Below, one piece after another: positions 37,400 to 51,007 of a DNA stretch of 64,000 nucleotides. The notes beneath the pieces were generated by a model, which saw nothing but the letters and a program-made list of their open reading frames with translations, was not told the DNA's origin and did not search any database. The stretch is taken from contig CM060731.1 in assembly GCA_030704615.1 (NCBI GenBank), positions 30,504,001-30,568,000 of the forward strand, given 5' to 3'. Each line of letters starts with the position of its first letter. The stretch's first letter is position 1. A program made the position numbers and the translations under genes. This DNA comes from Takakia lepidozioides (taxonomy: Eukaryota; Plantae; Bryophyta).

Positions 37400-40300
37400 G
37401 GTTCAAGACTTGTACAAACAAGTAGAATGAATAGCCGAGATCCAGCCTCTTTTGTATATAAAAAAACCAGATTGCACGTCATAGGCCTGATGTCATGACA
37501 GAGCCAGAACTATAGGTAGGATCCCAATGTAGCTTACCATCCTCATCCTTCAAGAGTTCCATGCTAAAACAGGCAAAGAACACCTTACTATGATCCAGTA
37601 CACATCAGAAGCAGGCCCGAAAAGGAACAGGGCGGTGCCCTATCAAGCTGCCGCCATGACCTTCAAGGCCACCATTTCCATAGACACCCAAAACCGCCAA
37701 AAACATACCACCAAAAACCAGATCCTCTTTGGCCAAAAGAACTTACAACCTAGCTTAATAATCCACAGGCCTTGTTGTTAAAGGTCAAAAGGTAGGGTCA
37801 AAACGTAGTCAAAAGGTAGGGTCAAAAGGTAGGATCAAACGGTAGGGTATGGTTTGTATGCAAGCCTCTGGAAACAGGCCAGTTAGGCCGAGCTACGCAT
37901 CGGCGACAGAATGACAAAGGCCAAAACGCAGGCTGTAGCATGCCAAATTAGGGGCAATCGGGTTGAAATCGGGGCTGCAGGCAGCAGCCACTTCTCAGTG
38001 CAAAAACCCACAGGTCTCCTCAGCCCATATCCCAATCTGCATGCTCAAGAAATTTCAAAGTAGGTGAGGATCCTCACCTGGTCCTATCACAAGCCCCCAC
38101 AAAAACCAACAGGTTAGTGAGGATTGTGGAACCCCAGGTGAATCACAGACCCTCACACTTGTCATCGATGTCAACTAAGAAACTCAAAAGCAAGAGAAGG
38201 AGATAAGAACAAGAGAATCCCTAAACTCCAAAGGCACCTTAAGCGATTGGGGAAGAGGGTTATGCGCCATCACACCCGCAGCAGGCCGCCTCCACAAAGC
38301 ACATAAGCAATGAAGCAAAGCAGGCACAATCGCAAGGCATTAGAAAGCCCGGGAGAGTCACTCCCTATCACTTGTATAGGACACGTGAGATAAATGGGTA
38401 TTTTGTAGGGAGGTATTACTTTTACTTTGGGTATATTTTTAGTACCCTATAATTACATAATTTTGTAATGGTGATTTTTTGGCATGTTATTTTAATTATA
38501 ATTTTTTATTTCAAACAAATATTAGGCACCCTATATTAATAATACATTTTTTTTTTTACAAGACAAATGAATTTATTATTTGGTTAAAATAAATTCATTT
38601 AAAGCATTCGCATCATCCGCATTCAAAGTATAAACGTTTTGCGCTCTATCGAAAGTCATAGTGACTGAACTAATAATTGAATCTACATCTACTCACTTGT
38701 TGTCGGTATGATCATATTTGAATATAAAATGTCCTCTAGATTTTGAGAAGTAGTTTAATAACACCATAATTGGTGTGGTTGGTCTATTTAGGAGATCAAT
38801 AGGCTGTCGCGATATCCCCCACCTGCTCCCTACCTTCCTTCTCATTTTTTGAATCCTACCTAGCCACTATTTTTTTGTAAGTATTAAGTTCTCCCCTAAG
38901 AGCATGTATATATTTTTGGAATTTTTCATAGATATTTATCTCAACCCTATATTAGTTTAAGAAAAAATTAAAATCAGACATTATTTTAGACCCTATATTA
39001 ATTTAAATTCACTGATCACAATATAATGTACCATTTATTACTTTTAAATGTTTTCTAATTTTTATCTTTTGTGAATAAATTGCACCCTATATATTTTTGC
39101 ACGTCGGTTGGAAATTTTTGGAAGTGACCTCCCCAGGTTAGAAAGGAGGGAGAGAACTTCCTAGCATAAGTGCTCTTGCTAAGCATAAAAAGCCAGAGGA
39201 GGGAAGATGCCACTGCATTCATAGCGGTGTTTCCCGTTGCAAGAGAGACAAGGCGCCACCTTCGCGCCTCCCCAGGCGCTCGTCCAACATGGGTACGACA
39301 CCACAAACGGGGCAGCCACCGAAACACGTCCGCCATAACACTCTCCTCGCGAGCTCAGAAGCACATCGCATGCTTCTGACAGCGGGAGAGACGACATAGG
39401 GTTTTTTGTCCCCCGATTTTTCATCCGCGGATGAAAAACAATAGGACGTATCTGTATTCCTTGATGGATTTCATCCGCAGCAAGGTTGAAAATAGGGTTT
39501 GGGGTAGGGGTTAGGGTTTCCACCGTAATTAATCATAATTAGGGGTAGTAAAGATCAATTGCAGGCCATAATCACGTTATCCATAGACATATCACTTATG
39601 TCAGGATGAAAAAGTAGGGAATATCATCCGTGACAGCGTCTTACCTCCACCTGGGTAATTTTATCATTCCTCACCAGACCATCCGGTATGGATAAAAAGA
39701 GTCAATAAAAGAGGAATGAAAAAAAATATTATCCTGGTAGTTCAACCGGTATGGATGAAAAAATAGGATGATGTTGGCAATCTTCATAGAGGTAATTTTT
39801 TTTCTTCAATGGTCACTCATCCGATATGGATGAGAGTCAATAAAGGATGAATGAAAAAGCCAAAAGAACCATCCTAGAGGTAATTCAGTGTCCATCATGG
39901 TGGCTCATCTGGTATGGATGAAAAAGCTGATAGAGGATGAGAAAACGAGAAGTCAACACTGATAGCAAACTGCCAATTCCCAGTAGAGAGGGAGACAGAG
40001 GGAGAGAGGGGGCACCCACCAACCAGCCCCTGGTATGACATGAGGATGAGGAAGTAGGCCTTTCCAGCCCCTTGGCAAATCTGTCCAGGGGTTAGAAGCT
40101 ACTTTGAAGAGGGAGAATCCTCATGAAGGGGTCTGGTATGCACTCCATTGCAGGGTGAGTGCATACCACACTTCTCCCTCTGTCTCCCTCTCTACTGGGA
40201 ATTGGCAGTTTGCTATCAGTGTTGATTTCTTGTAAATCCTCTATCGGCTTTTTCATCCATACCGGATGAGCCACCAGGATGGACACTGAATTACCTCTAG

Positions 40301-41450
40301 GATGGTTCTTTTGGTTTTTTCATTCCTCATTTATTGACTTTCATCCAGACCGGATGAGTCACGATGTGCTTCTGAGCTCGCGGGGAGAGTGTTATGGCGG
40401 ATGTGCTTCAGTGGCTGCCCCGTTTGTGGTGTCATACCCATGCTAAACGAGCGCCTGGGGAGACGCGAAGGCGGTGCCTTGTCTCTCTTGCAGCGGGAAA
40501 CACCGCTGTGAATGCAGTGACATCTTCCCTTCTCTGGCTTTTTAAGTTTAGCAAGGGCACTTGTGCTGGGAAGTATCTCTCCCTCCTTTCTAGTGCCTTG
40601 CGATTGTGCCTGCTTTGCTTCATTGCTTATGTGCTTTGTGGAGGCGGTTTGCTGCGGGTGGTGATGGCGCATAACTTTCTTCCCCAATCGCTTAAGGTGT
40701 CTTTGGAGTTTAAGGATTCTCATGTTCTTATCTTCTTCTCTTGCTTTTGAGTTTCTTAGTTGACATCAATGACAAGTGTGAGGGTCTGTGATTCACCTGG
40801 GGTTCCACAATCCTCACTAATCTGTTGATTTTGTAGGGGTTTGTGATGGGACCAGGTGAGGATCCTCACCTACTTTGAAGTTTCTTGAGCATGCAGATTG
40901 GGATATGGGCTGAGGAGACCTGTGGGTTATTGCGATGTGAGGTGGCTGCCGCCTCCAGCCCCGATTTCAACCCGACTGCTCTTGGTTTGGCATGCTACAG
41001 CCTGTGTTTTGGCCTTTGTCGTTCTGCCGTCAATGCGCAGCTCGGCCTATCTGGCCTGTTTCCTGAGGCCTGCATACAAACCATACCCTACCTTTTGATC
41101 TTTGACAGCAAGGCCTATGGATTATTGAGCTAAATTGTAAGTTCTTTTGGCCAAAGAGGATCTGGTTTTATGGGGGCTGCCTTGGCAGGTTTGGGGCTCT
41201 AAGGATATGGTGGCCTTGAATGTTATGGCGGCAGCCTGATAAGGAACCGAACTACTCCTTTTCGGGCCTGTTTCTTATGTATGATGGATCATAGTGAGGT
41301 GTTCTTTGCAAGCTTTAGCATGGACCTCTTAAAGATGAGGATGGTAAGCTGTAATGGAATCATACCTATAGTTTTGGCCTTGTCATGACATCAGGCCTAT
41401 GACCTGCAATCTGATTCTTCAAGATGCTTGTGTGTACATGTCTTGAATTT
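37400..41450. repeat. Large imperfect inverted duplication (foldback) centred near 40090
   Basis: ~37400-38347 plus 39138-39380 are reverse-complementary to ~40365-41450. An inner ~170-bp IR lies at ~39832-40010 / ~40173-40340. Homology extends outward (35950-36030 vs 41840-41920). Confidence 0.85.
38348..39137. mobile_element. AT-rich non-autonomous DNA transposon with 8-bp TSD
   Basis: TSD TTAGAAAG (38340-38347, 39138-39145). Imperfect TIRs CCCGGGAGAGTCACTCC / GGAAGTGACCTCCCCAGG. The empty site is seen in the inverted paralogue near 40585. Confidence 0.85.
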
Positions 41451-42599
41451 GTAATATGACAGGCTGATCTCACATTCCCTTGACGCCTTGTATGATTATA
41501 CAAATGGTATGAAATCTGTTTTATCATGCCCAAGTGGATTAGACATGTCATGATCCTGAAATATTGCAGGTTGGTCCTTATGTTTTGTTTGATGCATGAC
41601 CCTATGCTGATAAGGCAAGGTGTTGCAATCAGTGATTATGACCTTGTCATGACACCAGGCTCGTAACTTGCAATTTTAATGATTCATTGGCCAAGATGGC
41701 CGGATCTCGGGTGTTCAAGATGTGTGCATCCCCTACATGAACAAACCCCGCTTTCCCACCCTGTTTTATCATGACTGATTGAGTGATGTCAATTCATGGG
41801 AAGCTATGACAAGAATGGAAATGTTAGATGGTGCCCTGTTTTGGGCTGTTTATGTCTTTAATTGACAATGACCCTAGTGGGTCTTGTCCATGTCTTGACA
41901 TGACATGAATATCTTCCCTCTCTTTTAAGCTCCGACGAGATGAGTTTAAGGTCAGATGGTGGGATTAGCTGCAGCATATGTCCAACACCAGATATCCTAA
42001 GTTAATTGACTCTATATTTTGGAAACAGGACCGCCCACCGACCTGTCTAACAGGCTAAGTCCTGGCAGAAGACAGTAGAAGAAATTCTCAAGGACTTGGA
42101 CCTGGAACCGCAAGTCTTCACCCTGCTGGATAAATCTGACTTAGAGGCTGTAGTGTCCAACCATGTCTGTTGCCTTGAGATTGTCTGATGAAAATGAAAT
42201 TAGGCAAAAAAACTTCCCTGAACTTGCACAACAACACACCCTATGTAATTTCGACGATTTAGTTTGGCGCTAGCGTTGACTGTTGTCACTTTTGACCGTT
42301 CCAACCATTTTGTAGTCAAAATTTTATATTAAAATATTCGAGGTGCTAGACAACCGTAAAAATTTTGACTGTAGTGAGAGACTTTGACTACCTAAAATGA
42401 GCTGACTGCGACAACCAGTTAAGCAATGGCACGTGTAATAACAATACATAAATTATATAACAATATATATGTGGATAATAAGAAGTAAAAATCTTTAACT
42501 ATTTTTTCACTGACCCAACACATTAACAATAAACTAATCGTGTGCTGGTTAAGGGTAGTGAAACATAACAACTGAAATATCTGAACGAATGATTAACAA

Positions 42600-42800
42600 A
42601 TGCCTTGCTGGCAGCTATTGGATGAACGTATGAAATGTTAGTGAAACAAAACAAATGTTTATCTGAACAAATGATAAACAAACGCCTTGTTGGCAACTAT
42701 TGGATGAACGTATCAAACATAATTTTTGTGCACTGGATGAACGTATGAATGAATGATAAAGCAAACGCCTTGCTGGCAACTACTGGATGAACGTATGAAC
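42600..42800. repeat. Tandem repeat, ~3 copies with core AAACGCCTTGCTGGCAACTATTGGATGAACGTAT
   Basis: Direct repeats visible in sequence. Confidence 0.8.
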
Positions 42801-42984
42801 GAATGATAATGCACTTGGCTCGAATTTAGGGTTGCTACTTGGTGTTTTTGGGGTCTGCATCCAAAGCATCGTGATAGCATCGTGAAAGCTAGTGAGCTGT
42901 AGTTTGGAAGTTGCGGGGCTTCTGGAGAGGAGCGGAGGAATGAATACAATCGCAAGGCGGGCTTTGTGTTTAGGGTTTAGAGCT

Positions 42985-43105
42985 GGCATGAGCGGAAGTA
43001 TAGTGGATGCACGACGAGTGTTTTTCGAAATGCCTGAACGCAATGTAGTCTCGTGGAATGCAATGATGGCAGGATTTTCTTAGCAAGGGCATGGGCCGGC
43101 AGGTG
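42985..43105 (+). pseudogene. PLS-class PPR fragment
   Basis: [34 protein letters not shown]. Confidence 0.8.
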
Positions 43106-45129
43106 CTGATTGCTCTGTGTGTCGGAGCACAAACCGCTGTCTTGGAGCACGGAGCAGAGCTGGCATGAGTTGTTTACAGATCCTTCCAGATAGTGGGACA
43201 ACCGCAATCGCAAAGTGTGGCTTTTTCTTAATGTATGATGTGAAGAAGTTTGTCAATCCTGCAAATGTGGGCTCTTGGCTCCTGTTATTACCACGATTTG
43301 GTATTCTTCCTCATGTTTACATGGTTCTTGGGAGAGTCAGCTTGGTCTTAGCAGGCCGTGTTTCAATCTCTGCCCGCTCAGCTGCACCGTGGTGGTTCTC
43401 ACGGACCAATCCGACATTACCTGACTACAGACACAAGCAGCACACACAAGAGGTCCTCTTGGGTTCATGGTCAGACCTGTTTTGCCCTCTCCTCAGACTC
43501 GGCCTTGAATTTGAAGCACGAAGCAGAGCTGGCATGAGTTTTTTTGAAGATCCTTCACGATGGTGCGACAACCGCAATCGCAAGGTGTGGCTTTTTCTTA
43601 ATGTACGATGTGAAGGAGTTTCTCCATCCTGCAAATGTGGGCCCTTGGCTCCTATTAGTAACACGATTTGGTATTCTTCCTGATGTTTTCAAGGTTCTTG
43701 GGAGAGTTAGCTTGGTCTTAGCATGTCGTCTTTCAATCTCTGCCTGCTCAGCTGCACCGTGGTGGTTCTCACAGACCAATCCGACAATACCTGACTACAG
43801 ACACAAGCAGCACACACAAGAGGTTCTTTGGGTTGATGGTTGGTCAAATCCTCCATGGGTCATGACACAAGGTCAAGGTCGACAATGTGGTGAGGGCACC
43901 TTCTTCTTGAACCTATTTCTGCCTGTTTTACGCCCTCATCAGACTCGGCCCTGAGATGCATATTGAATTCTGTAAGTTGGATCTGTGGTGGTTAGGAGTG
44001 ACTTTGACAAGTTACTACCGATGTGGCGGCAGGAAAGTATCCAAAAACAAATAACATAGATGAGGAGAAGCTCGTTGGTGGATCTATGGTGGTTTTTGGA
44101 GTGATTTTGACATGTTACTGTAGTTAGGGATAGGGCTTCAGTGTCAGCTGCTTCAGCTGCTAGCTGCAGCAAGGCTGAGGATGTATTCACGACTTGTACA
44201 CAGCCATAGATAGCTGAAGGAGTGCAGGGATAGATTGTGGGTCCAGATTCATCCAAGAGGCCCGGATTTCAAAGCTTCAGATTACCGATGGTTCCCTGTG
44301 GAGTATAGCTACAAGAACAGATGGTCAACTGGAAGCCGCAGCAGCGGCAGCACAATGGATAAAATCGGGCACTGCTAATCAAGGCACCTTCTTCAACACA
44401 TTTCACCCTGTTTTCCCTTCTTATCAGAATCCGCCCTAAATTTCCATGTTGAATTCTGCAAGTTAGCTGGTTGAGTGAATCTAGTTTGGAGTGACTTTGA
44501 CATGATACTGCCAATTTCAGAACAGGAAAGTATCGAAACAGGTAACAGAGATGAGGAGAAGCTGTGGAATGAATACTTTTCAAACACCAGTCAATGATGG
44601 TATAACTGAGGCTAAAAGGTGAATGCCTGTTAGATTACAGAGAGTAGCAGACACAAGTCAGCATAGGAACTAGTGTGATAAGCTGAGTTGTGTTTTTCCT
44701 AGAACAATCTAGGCTGTCCTTGTCAGCTGCTTGCAGCAAGGCAATGATGAATGCATGATTTGTGCAGAGGCATGGATAGCTGAAGGAGCAGGGGTAGAGT
44801 GTGGGTACAGATGCATCCAAGAGGGCCAGATTTCAAGCACAAGATTACCTATGATTCCCTGTGGATCAATAGCCACAAGAAACCTGCATGGGTATATGGT
44901 CAACTAAAGGCAGCAGCTGCAGCGGCACAGTTGATAAAATCAGGCACCTCAACCATGACCACAGCTTTTGGAACTAGAGGATCAAGAGAGGGAGTCCACA
45001 ATGCGTGGCACTTCTGGGCCTGTGAAGATGCTTCAGACTGAGAGAGGCTCTAGGCCTGGAAGCTGGAAAGCAGGTGCACACTCACATTATCCAAAGTGGA
45101 TTCACACCAAATGTTTTTCTCCTCAACAC

Positions 45130-45992
45130 CCTTGTATGTTAAGTGCAGAAACATCATGGATGTTCACCACGTGTTCAACAAAATGCCTCAACGATCTTTG
45201 ATCACGTGGAATATATCGTTGGCAGATTTACCAAGGATGGGTGTGGTAGGATTGCATTGGAGACCTATGAGCAACTGTTGCGCAGGGTGAAGCCCAACCA
45301 CATCACGTTTGTTTGTGTTTGCAATGCGTGTGCAAGGCTGGGAGCTCTGGAAAAGGAAGAGTCCATGGTGACATCGTCTAAGCTGGATTTGTACCGAATG
45401 TCATTTTGAACACTGCCCTGGTGGACATATATGCCAAATGTGGGAGCATCGAGGGTGCAAAGGGAGTGTTCAAAAACATGGCTGAACGAAATGTGGTGTT
45501 GTGGAGTGTGATGCTTGCAGGGTATGCACAGCAAGGACACGGGATGGAGGCTTTGGAGACATATGAGCAAATGATGTGCGAAGGAGTGAAGCCCGACCAC
45601 ATCACGTGTGTGTGCGTTTGCAGTGCGTGTGCAAGCCTTGCAGCCCTGGAAAAGGGCAAAGAGGTGCATGGCGACATCGTCAAAGCTGGAATTGTACCAG
45701 ATGTGATCCTGAACACTGCGAGAACACTGCCCTGGTGGACATGTATGCAAAATGTGGGAGCATCGAGGATGCAAAGGGAGTGTTCGATAGTATGGCTGAA
45801 CGAGATGTGGTGTCGTGGAACGCGATGATTGTAGGGTATGCACAGCAGGGGCGTGGGATGGAGGCTTTGGAGGGTATGAGCAAATGATGTGCGAAGGGGT
45901 GAAGCCCGACCACATCACGTTTGTGTGTGTTTACAATGCGTGTGCAAGCCTGGCAGCCCTGGAAAAGGGCAAAGAGGTGCATGGCGACATGT
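45130..45992 (+). pseudogene. Tandem P-L-S PPR triplets (frameshifted)
   Basis: [96 protein letters not shown], repeated ~3 times across frameshifts. Confidence 0.92.
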
Positions 45993-46913
45993 TGAATTCT
46001 GCAAATAGGCAAAGAAGTGCATGTTGAATTCTTTTGAGACAAATTATGTTCATTTATTCTTCTGTTGGATTGTTGGTTGCAGTCTTTGTTGCCCTCTGTC
46101 AAGATCTTCATAATTGGGATTCTGGTCTTCTCTGTACATCAACATTTAACATTGAGACTGGAACAGAAAGCTCATTGTTCTGCTACTATGCGCTCATACC
46201 GGTTTGGCATGGCCACTCCTTTGTAGCTAAAGTAAGCTGGAATTTTTATTTGTAAGCTTGTTATTCAGACTGGTATTGGTTTTGCAAGCACAGTGTAGGG
46301 TCCACCTCTTTGCAAATTAAGCCGTATGTGCAGGCATACTATGGTGAAGAGAGGGACAGTTTGGGGCTGGTCTAAACAAGTTCCTCTGCTTTCCTGCTTT
46401 GCAGAGAATAGCAGTGGCAGAAGAGGTTCTTCCAGATCCACAAGCTGTAGGAGAGTCATTTGGAGTGAATGTGCCTGACCACATAAAACAATCAGTCTCT
46501 ATGTCTTTGTACAAGGTTGGCCAACCAACCTGTGTAGGGGATCTCAGCACCCACAAATCCTTCAATTGGCCCGGAGGTGCTACTAGGAACGCTTGGCCTA
46601 CAGCAATGCCTAACTTTTAAGCACCCTAAGGCTGGTTCAATCAAGACACACTTCAGAGACCTGGATGTACTAGTTTCAGTTGCCACTTTCTTCACTGGTT
46701 CTGTTTCTGATCTGCTCAGAGAGAAAGGAGGGTGCACAATATATAACAGGGTTGTGTACTTGTCATTGTTAGGTGGATTGACGCAATCATCTCCAACATG
46801 TATTTTGCAGATTGGACAGTGTCACTGTCCGCTAGTGCATGAACGTGGCTGTCATTCCAAGTTAGCTTTGCTTGCAAAGGAGAGTCTGCAGTTTCGGTAA
46901 TTTCATTAATTCT

Positions 46914-47820
46914 CAGGCTGGGAGCTCTGGAAAAGGGGAAAGAGGTCCATGGTGACATCGTCAAAGCTGGATTTGTACCAGATGTCATTCTGAACACTGC
47001 CCTGGTGGACATGTATGCCAAATGTGGGTGCATTAAGGATGCTAAGGGAGTTTTCAACACTATGGCTGAACGAGATGTGGTGTCATGGAACGTGGGGGGA
47101 ACATGATGCTTGCAGGGTATGCACAGCAGGGACATGGTATGGAGGCTTTGAAGACCTATGATCAAATATTGATGGGGGAAGGGGTGAAGCCCCGACCACA
47201 TCACGTCGCAGCATACTGGTACTTCACAGCCATGGCGGCTCTCTCAGCCCCTCCCTTTTTTTTTCTTCTGTTTTTTTTTGGCAATGGAAGAGAGCAGCAG
47301 CTCTGCTGTGTCCTTCCCTTGCTTATGCCGATCATTAAAGTGGAAATTGTACCAGTTGTCATTCTGAACTCTGCCCTGGTGGAGACATGTATGCCAAATG
47401 TGGGTGCAACAAGCCTGATGCGAAGGGAGAGTTCGACAATATGGCTGAACGAGATGTGGTATTTTGGAGTGCCATGATTGCAAGGTATATGCATTATGAT
47501 GGGTATGGGATTAAGGCTTTGGAAACCTAAGAGCAAATGATGTGGGAAGGGATGAAGCCAGACCAGGTCATGTTCATTTGTGTTTGTAATATGCATATGC
47601 GAACCTAGCAACCCTGGGGAGGGGCAAAGAGGTTCATGGTGACATTATCAAAGCTGGAATTGTACCAGATGTCATTCTGAACATTCCCTTGGTGTACATC
47701 TACGTCAAATGTGAGCCTGGCAACCCTAAAAAGGGCACAAAGGTCCATGGTGACATCGTCAAAGTTGGAGTTGTATCACTAGATGTCACTCTAAACACTG
47801 CCTTGGTGGATATGTATATC
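46914..47820 (+). pseudogene. Further degenerate PLS PPR repeats
   Basis: Repeated [37 protein letters not shown] units with indels and intervening sequence. Confidence 0.88.
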
Positions 47821-50800
47821 AAGGCAGCCCTGGAAGTGGATGTCACTTTGGGTGACATGGTAGCTGGCACCACCATTCTCTGGAACTACAAGTTCCTGAA
47901 TTCATTCTCGAAATGATTTCTGATTTTCTCTTGACATGTCCACAATAGTGCTGGACCTAGATGCACAGCAGATTTTCCTTACTAAATGACTTCACTTGGG
48001 ATGGATATGGCAACATGGCCCTCATGTTGGTCATCTGTAGAATGTGACCAAACTTGTTTTATAAAACACTCTTGATATATATAAACCAGTTTTGAGCCAT
48101 CCAAATGTTTTTGGTTCCTGCCATGTATTTGTATTCTATGTTTTGTAGTATTTGTAATGTATTTTCAATGCAGTGTAACGAATCAAAAAATTTAAATACA
48201 AAACCTATTAATTCACATATATAGATATAAAATAAACAAAATAAACAAAAAGTAAATTAAAAAAAACTAAAAAGCAGTAATAAATCAAAACTAAAAAAAC
48301 AGATATCAAGCAAAAGGCCTCCCCAGTTTCTATATATATCATATATGTATGTATGTATGTATTTTTATATTTACGTGTATATATATATACCCCAGAGTGA
48401 AACATATTTACTAAAATGTGTCCTCTTTTACTGATTCACAGTAGAATATTACACTATACAAAGTCAAGCAAACTCACTATCACTGATTTACAGTCAAACC
48501 GCATACTAAACATCATGGAATATAGTCAATATGTTCCACTTCAGTTAAACCACTTTATACACGTCATAGCCACGTCATAGCCACGTCGCATCCACGTCAT
48601 AATGTGCTGCCTACACGTCACCCCCTAGGTTTTACTGTCACATTTCACTGTCAGAACCTGGCATCTGGGTTTGACTGCTTGACTGAAACGACTTGACATT
48701 TGTCACGCATGTTTGACTATGGAGGCTTGGAGTAAAAATGTCGCAAACGACTCGAAAATGAGTCAAATACAGAGTCGAAAAGCCCAGCTTGTATTGTAGT
48801 GTTGTTTCCATTCAGTGACATGGGAGAGGACATCTTGGATGACCTCAAGGGTCTACCCACTCTCGGCACTAGACTGAAATTTAAACTGAGGGCAGGAAGC
48901 CTACCTTTGAACAGCAAACAGAAGCAGAGAGGAAAAGGAGAGTGCAATTGCCCGTTGTGTGGGCAATCTGAAGACAATATTCATTTTCTGATACACTGTC
49001 CGGGGTTCTCTCACCAAAGAGAAGTTGTCTTCAAATCTATCAAGGGAATTGTGCATGTACCTCTGTTTACTAACTTTGAAAAAGTCGAGGCTGAGCCAAA
49101 AGCCCAGCCCCTTTTGAGGCCTAGTTTTTGGGCAACTCACACACAGCAGATTGATGCTTGTGTGAAGGGAGTTGTAGAGGATATATGGAAAACCCGGATT
49201 AATTCTATATGTGAAGGTAAGTCTTACTACCAACGTCAGCCCCTGACAGAGGTAGGATCTGTCTCTTTTGTTTCCCCAAGAGAGGGGGCAACAAGGAAAA
49301 GAAAAGAATGTGGGGGGGGGAGTGACTGAGCTGCTTGCCCCCTGATGTCTCCATCTCTCTCCCTCTTTCTCCCTCTGGAAACTGGGTTTATGGAATTGTT
49401 GTCCTGACTTCCATCCTTGAGAAAATTGAAAAAATTGAAAAATTGGGTTGCATGGAATTTTGGATGTTTTTCATCCAAAATACAAAAAAAAAAATCCTAG
49501 TGAAACTTTTTCTCACTAAATACCTGTGAATTGCAAAACTCCTGTCAGTTCCTATTTTTTCAATCCAACCTGGATGAAAAAAGGACTTCATCTAATAGGA
49601 CCTAAATATGGGGCAAGACATGTATAAAAAAAATCGTTTTAAACCCCCCAATGTTTTTCATCTAACCTAGATGAAATACGGACTGCTAAAGACAGGATGA
49701 ACGCACGATGTCTTTCATCCTCCGCGAATGCGAAACGAACAACGTCCGTCGGGCGTATAGGCTGGCGGATGTTTTTCATCCTGAGAAGGATGAATGACGG
49801 GCCAGACAGGGGAAAACCCTGTGCAACCCTAATGTCTTTCTTTTTGCGCTGCACTTAATATTCTGATGTCTTGGTGCTGCTGGATGCCAAGTGGGATTGC
49901 AAAGCAGGGGAAGGAATCACTTACCAGGGACTCATCCTAAAATGTTGAAAAACTAAACTACTCTATGGTTTTTCTTGATCCTACCTCCTTCATTCCTTGA
50001 TTTTTGAAGAACAAGTGTAATGCTTTCCACGATGGGCTATTTCGGCCAAGCCAGTGGAAAACCTCTGTTATGTTGTGACAATCGGGTTTATGATGGCTTG
50101 TGTGAGAGACACACATCTGTTTTTCAGGCCCTAGTTTGCTTTGCTTACCTTATGGTAGTTGGAAACAAATTGAGAGGCTGCAAGGAACTGTTTGTTGCAG
50201 CTACTCGGGTACCTCTGTTGTATGGTGAAGTTTCTGCCTGTGGCTATTCGGCTGACACTGAAATATGACAGTAATATAAATGGTAACTGGTTTTTGAGGC
50301 AGCCAGGGTGGTCAAGTGGAAATACCCCCTGGACATGGTGTAATGACATGGTCAAATGTGGAATGATGTGAAGGGTGTATTGACAGTATCATATACTGTC
50401 ATAGGATGTATATGCAGTCTTTTATATGTACCTTGTTGTGTCATGAACTTTGATTTTCAGCTGTAGCAAGAAATAAAGGTATAGGGGTATTCTGGAAAAC
50501 TTACCAGACATATCCACCTCCCCTGTGAGGGCAAGTTGTGCTGCAGACCAGTCTAAACAAATACTAGCAGAGCAAGATATTTAAAAACTGTGATGTCCAA
50601 GTGTTTTTTTTTTAAGAAAAGCCTCCATGACACCCATGGGGTTTTAGTAAGTATGCTTGGATTACAGCTTGCAGACAGTAAATCTGTATGATTATTTGAC
50701 CTGGACCACATCAAGGCCAAAATATGGCCAAGTACCCGCCATCCCACCCAGACCTCTGAATGTGTATCATGATCATGACTGGTGGTCAATCAGCATCAGT

Positions 50801-51007
50801 GACATACTCTTTGGGTTATGAATAATACTGACATGAACACATTACTGTGCATGGATGTATTTCTGGATTTTCTAAGCTTGGTGATTGATGGATGGTGCCA
50901 CTGTTAAGTGGCTGATATGTCTGATTATTCTTTCATGACAACGACCCTAGGGGTCCTGTCTTTGTCTTGACATGACAAAAAATATCTTCCATCTCTTCTG
51001 TGCTGCT

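Larger units (their letters stand above)
42227..48801. mobile_element. Pack-CACTA (transposase-less, gene-fragment-carrying) element
   Basis: Left end CACAACAACACA, right end TGTATTGTAGTG (reverse complement CACTACAATACA). TSD TTG (42224-42226, 48802-48804). The interior consists of PPR and other gene fragments. Confidence 0.85.
41921..49275 (+). mobile_element. LINE 3' fragment split by the nested CACTA (41921-42226 plus 48802-49275)
   Basis: ...AAAACTTCCCTGAACTTG | TTGTTTCCATTCAGTGACATGG rejoins to the sequence seen intact in the 34690-35820 copy. Confidence 0.85.

Noticed and set aside
39493-39520. Telomere-like GGGTTT(A/G)GGG runs (also ~52940 and ~60605)
   Set aside because: Only 2-3 degenerate units within TE sequence; not an interstitial telomeric array.
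39380-49850. Possible element bounded by CAGCG...GACAT(T)AGGGTT ends with GGATGAAAA repeats
   Set aside because: The ends are only loosely similar and no TSD was found, so a single element cannot be supported.
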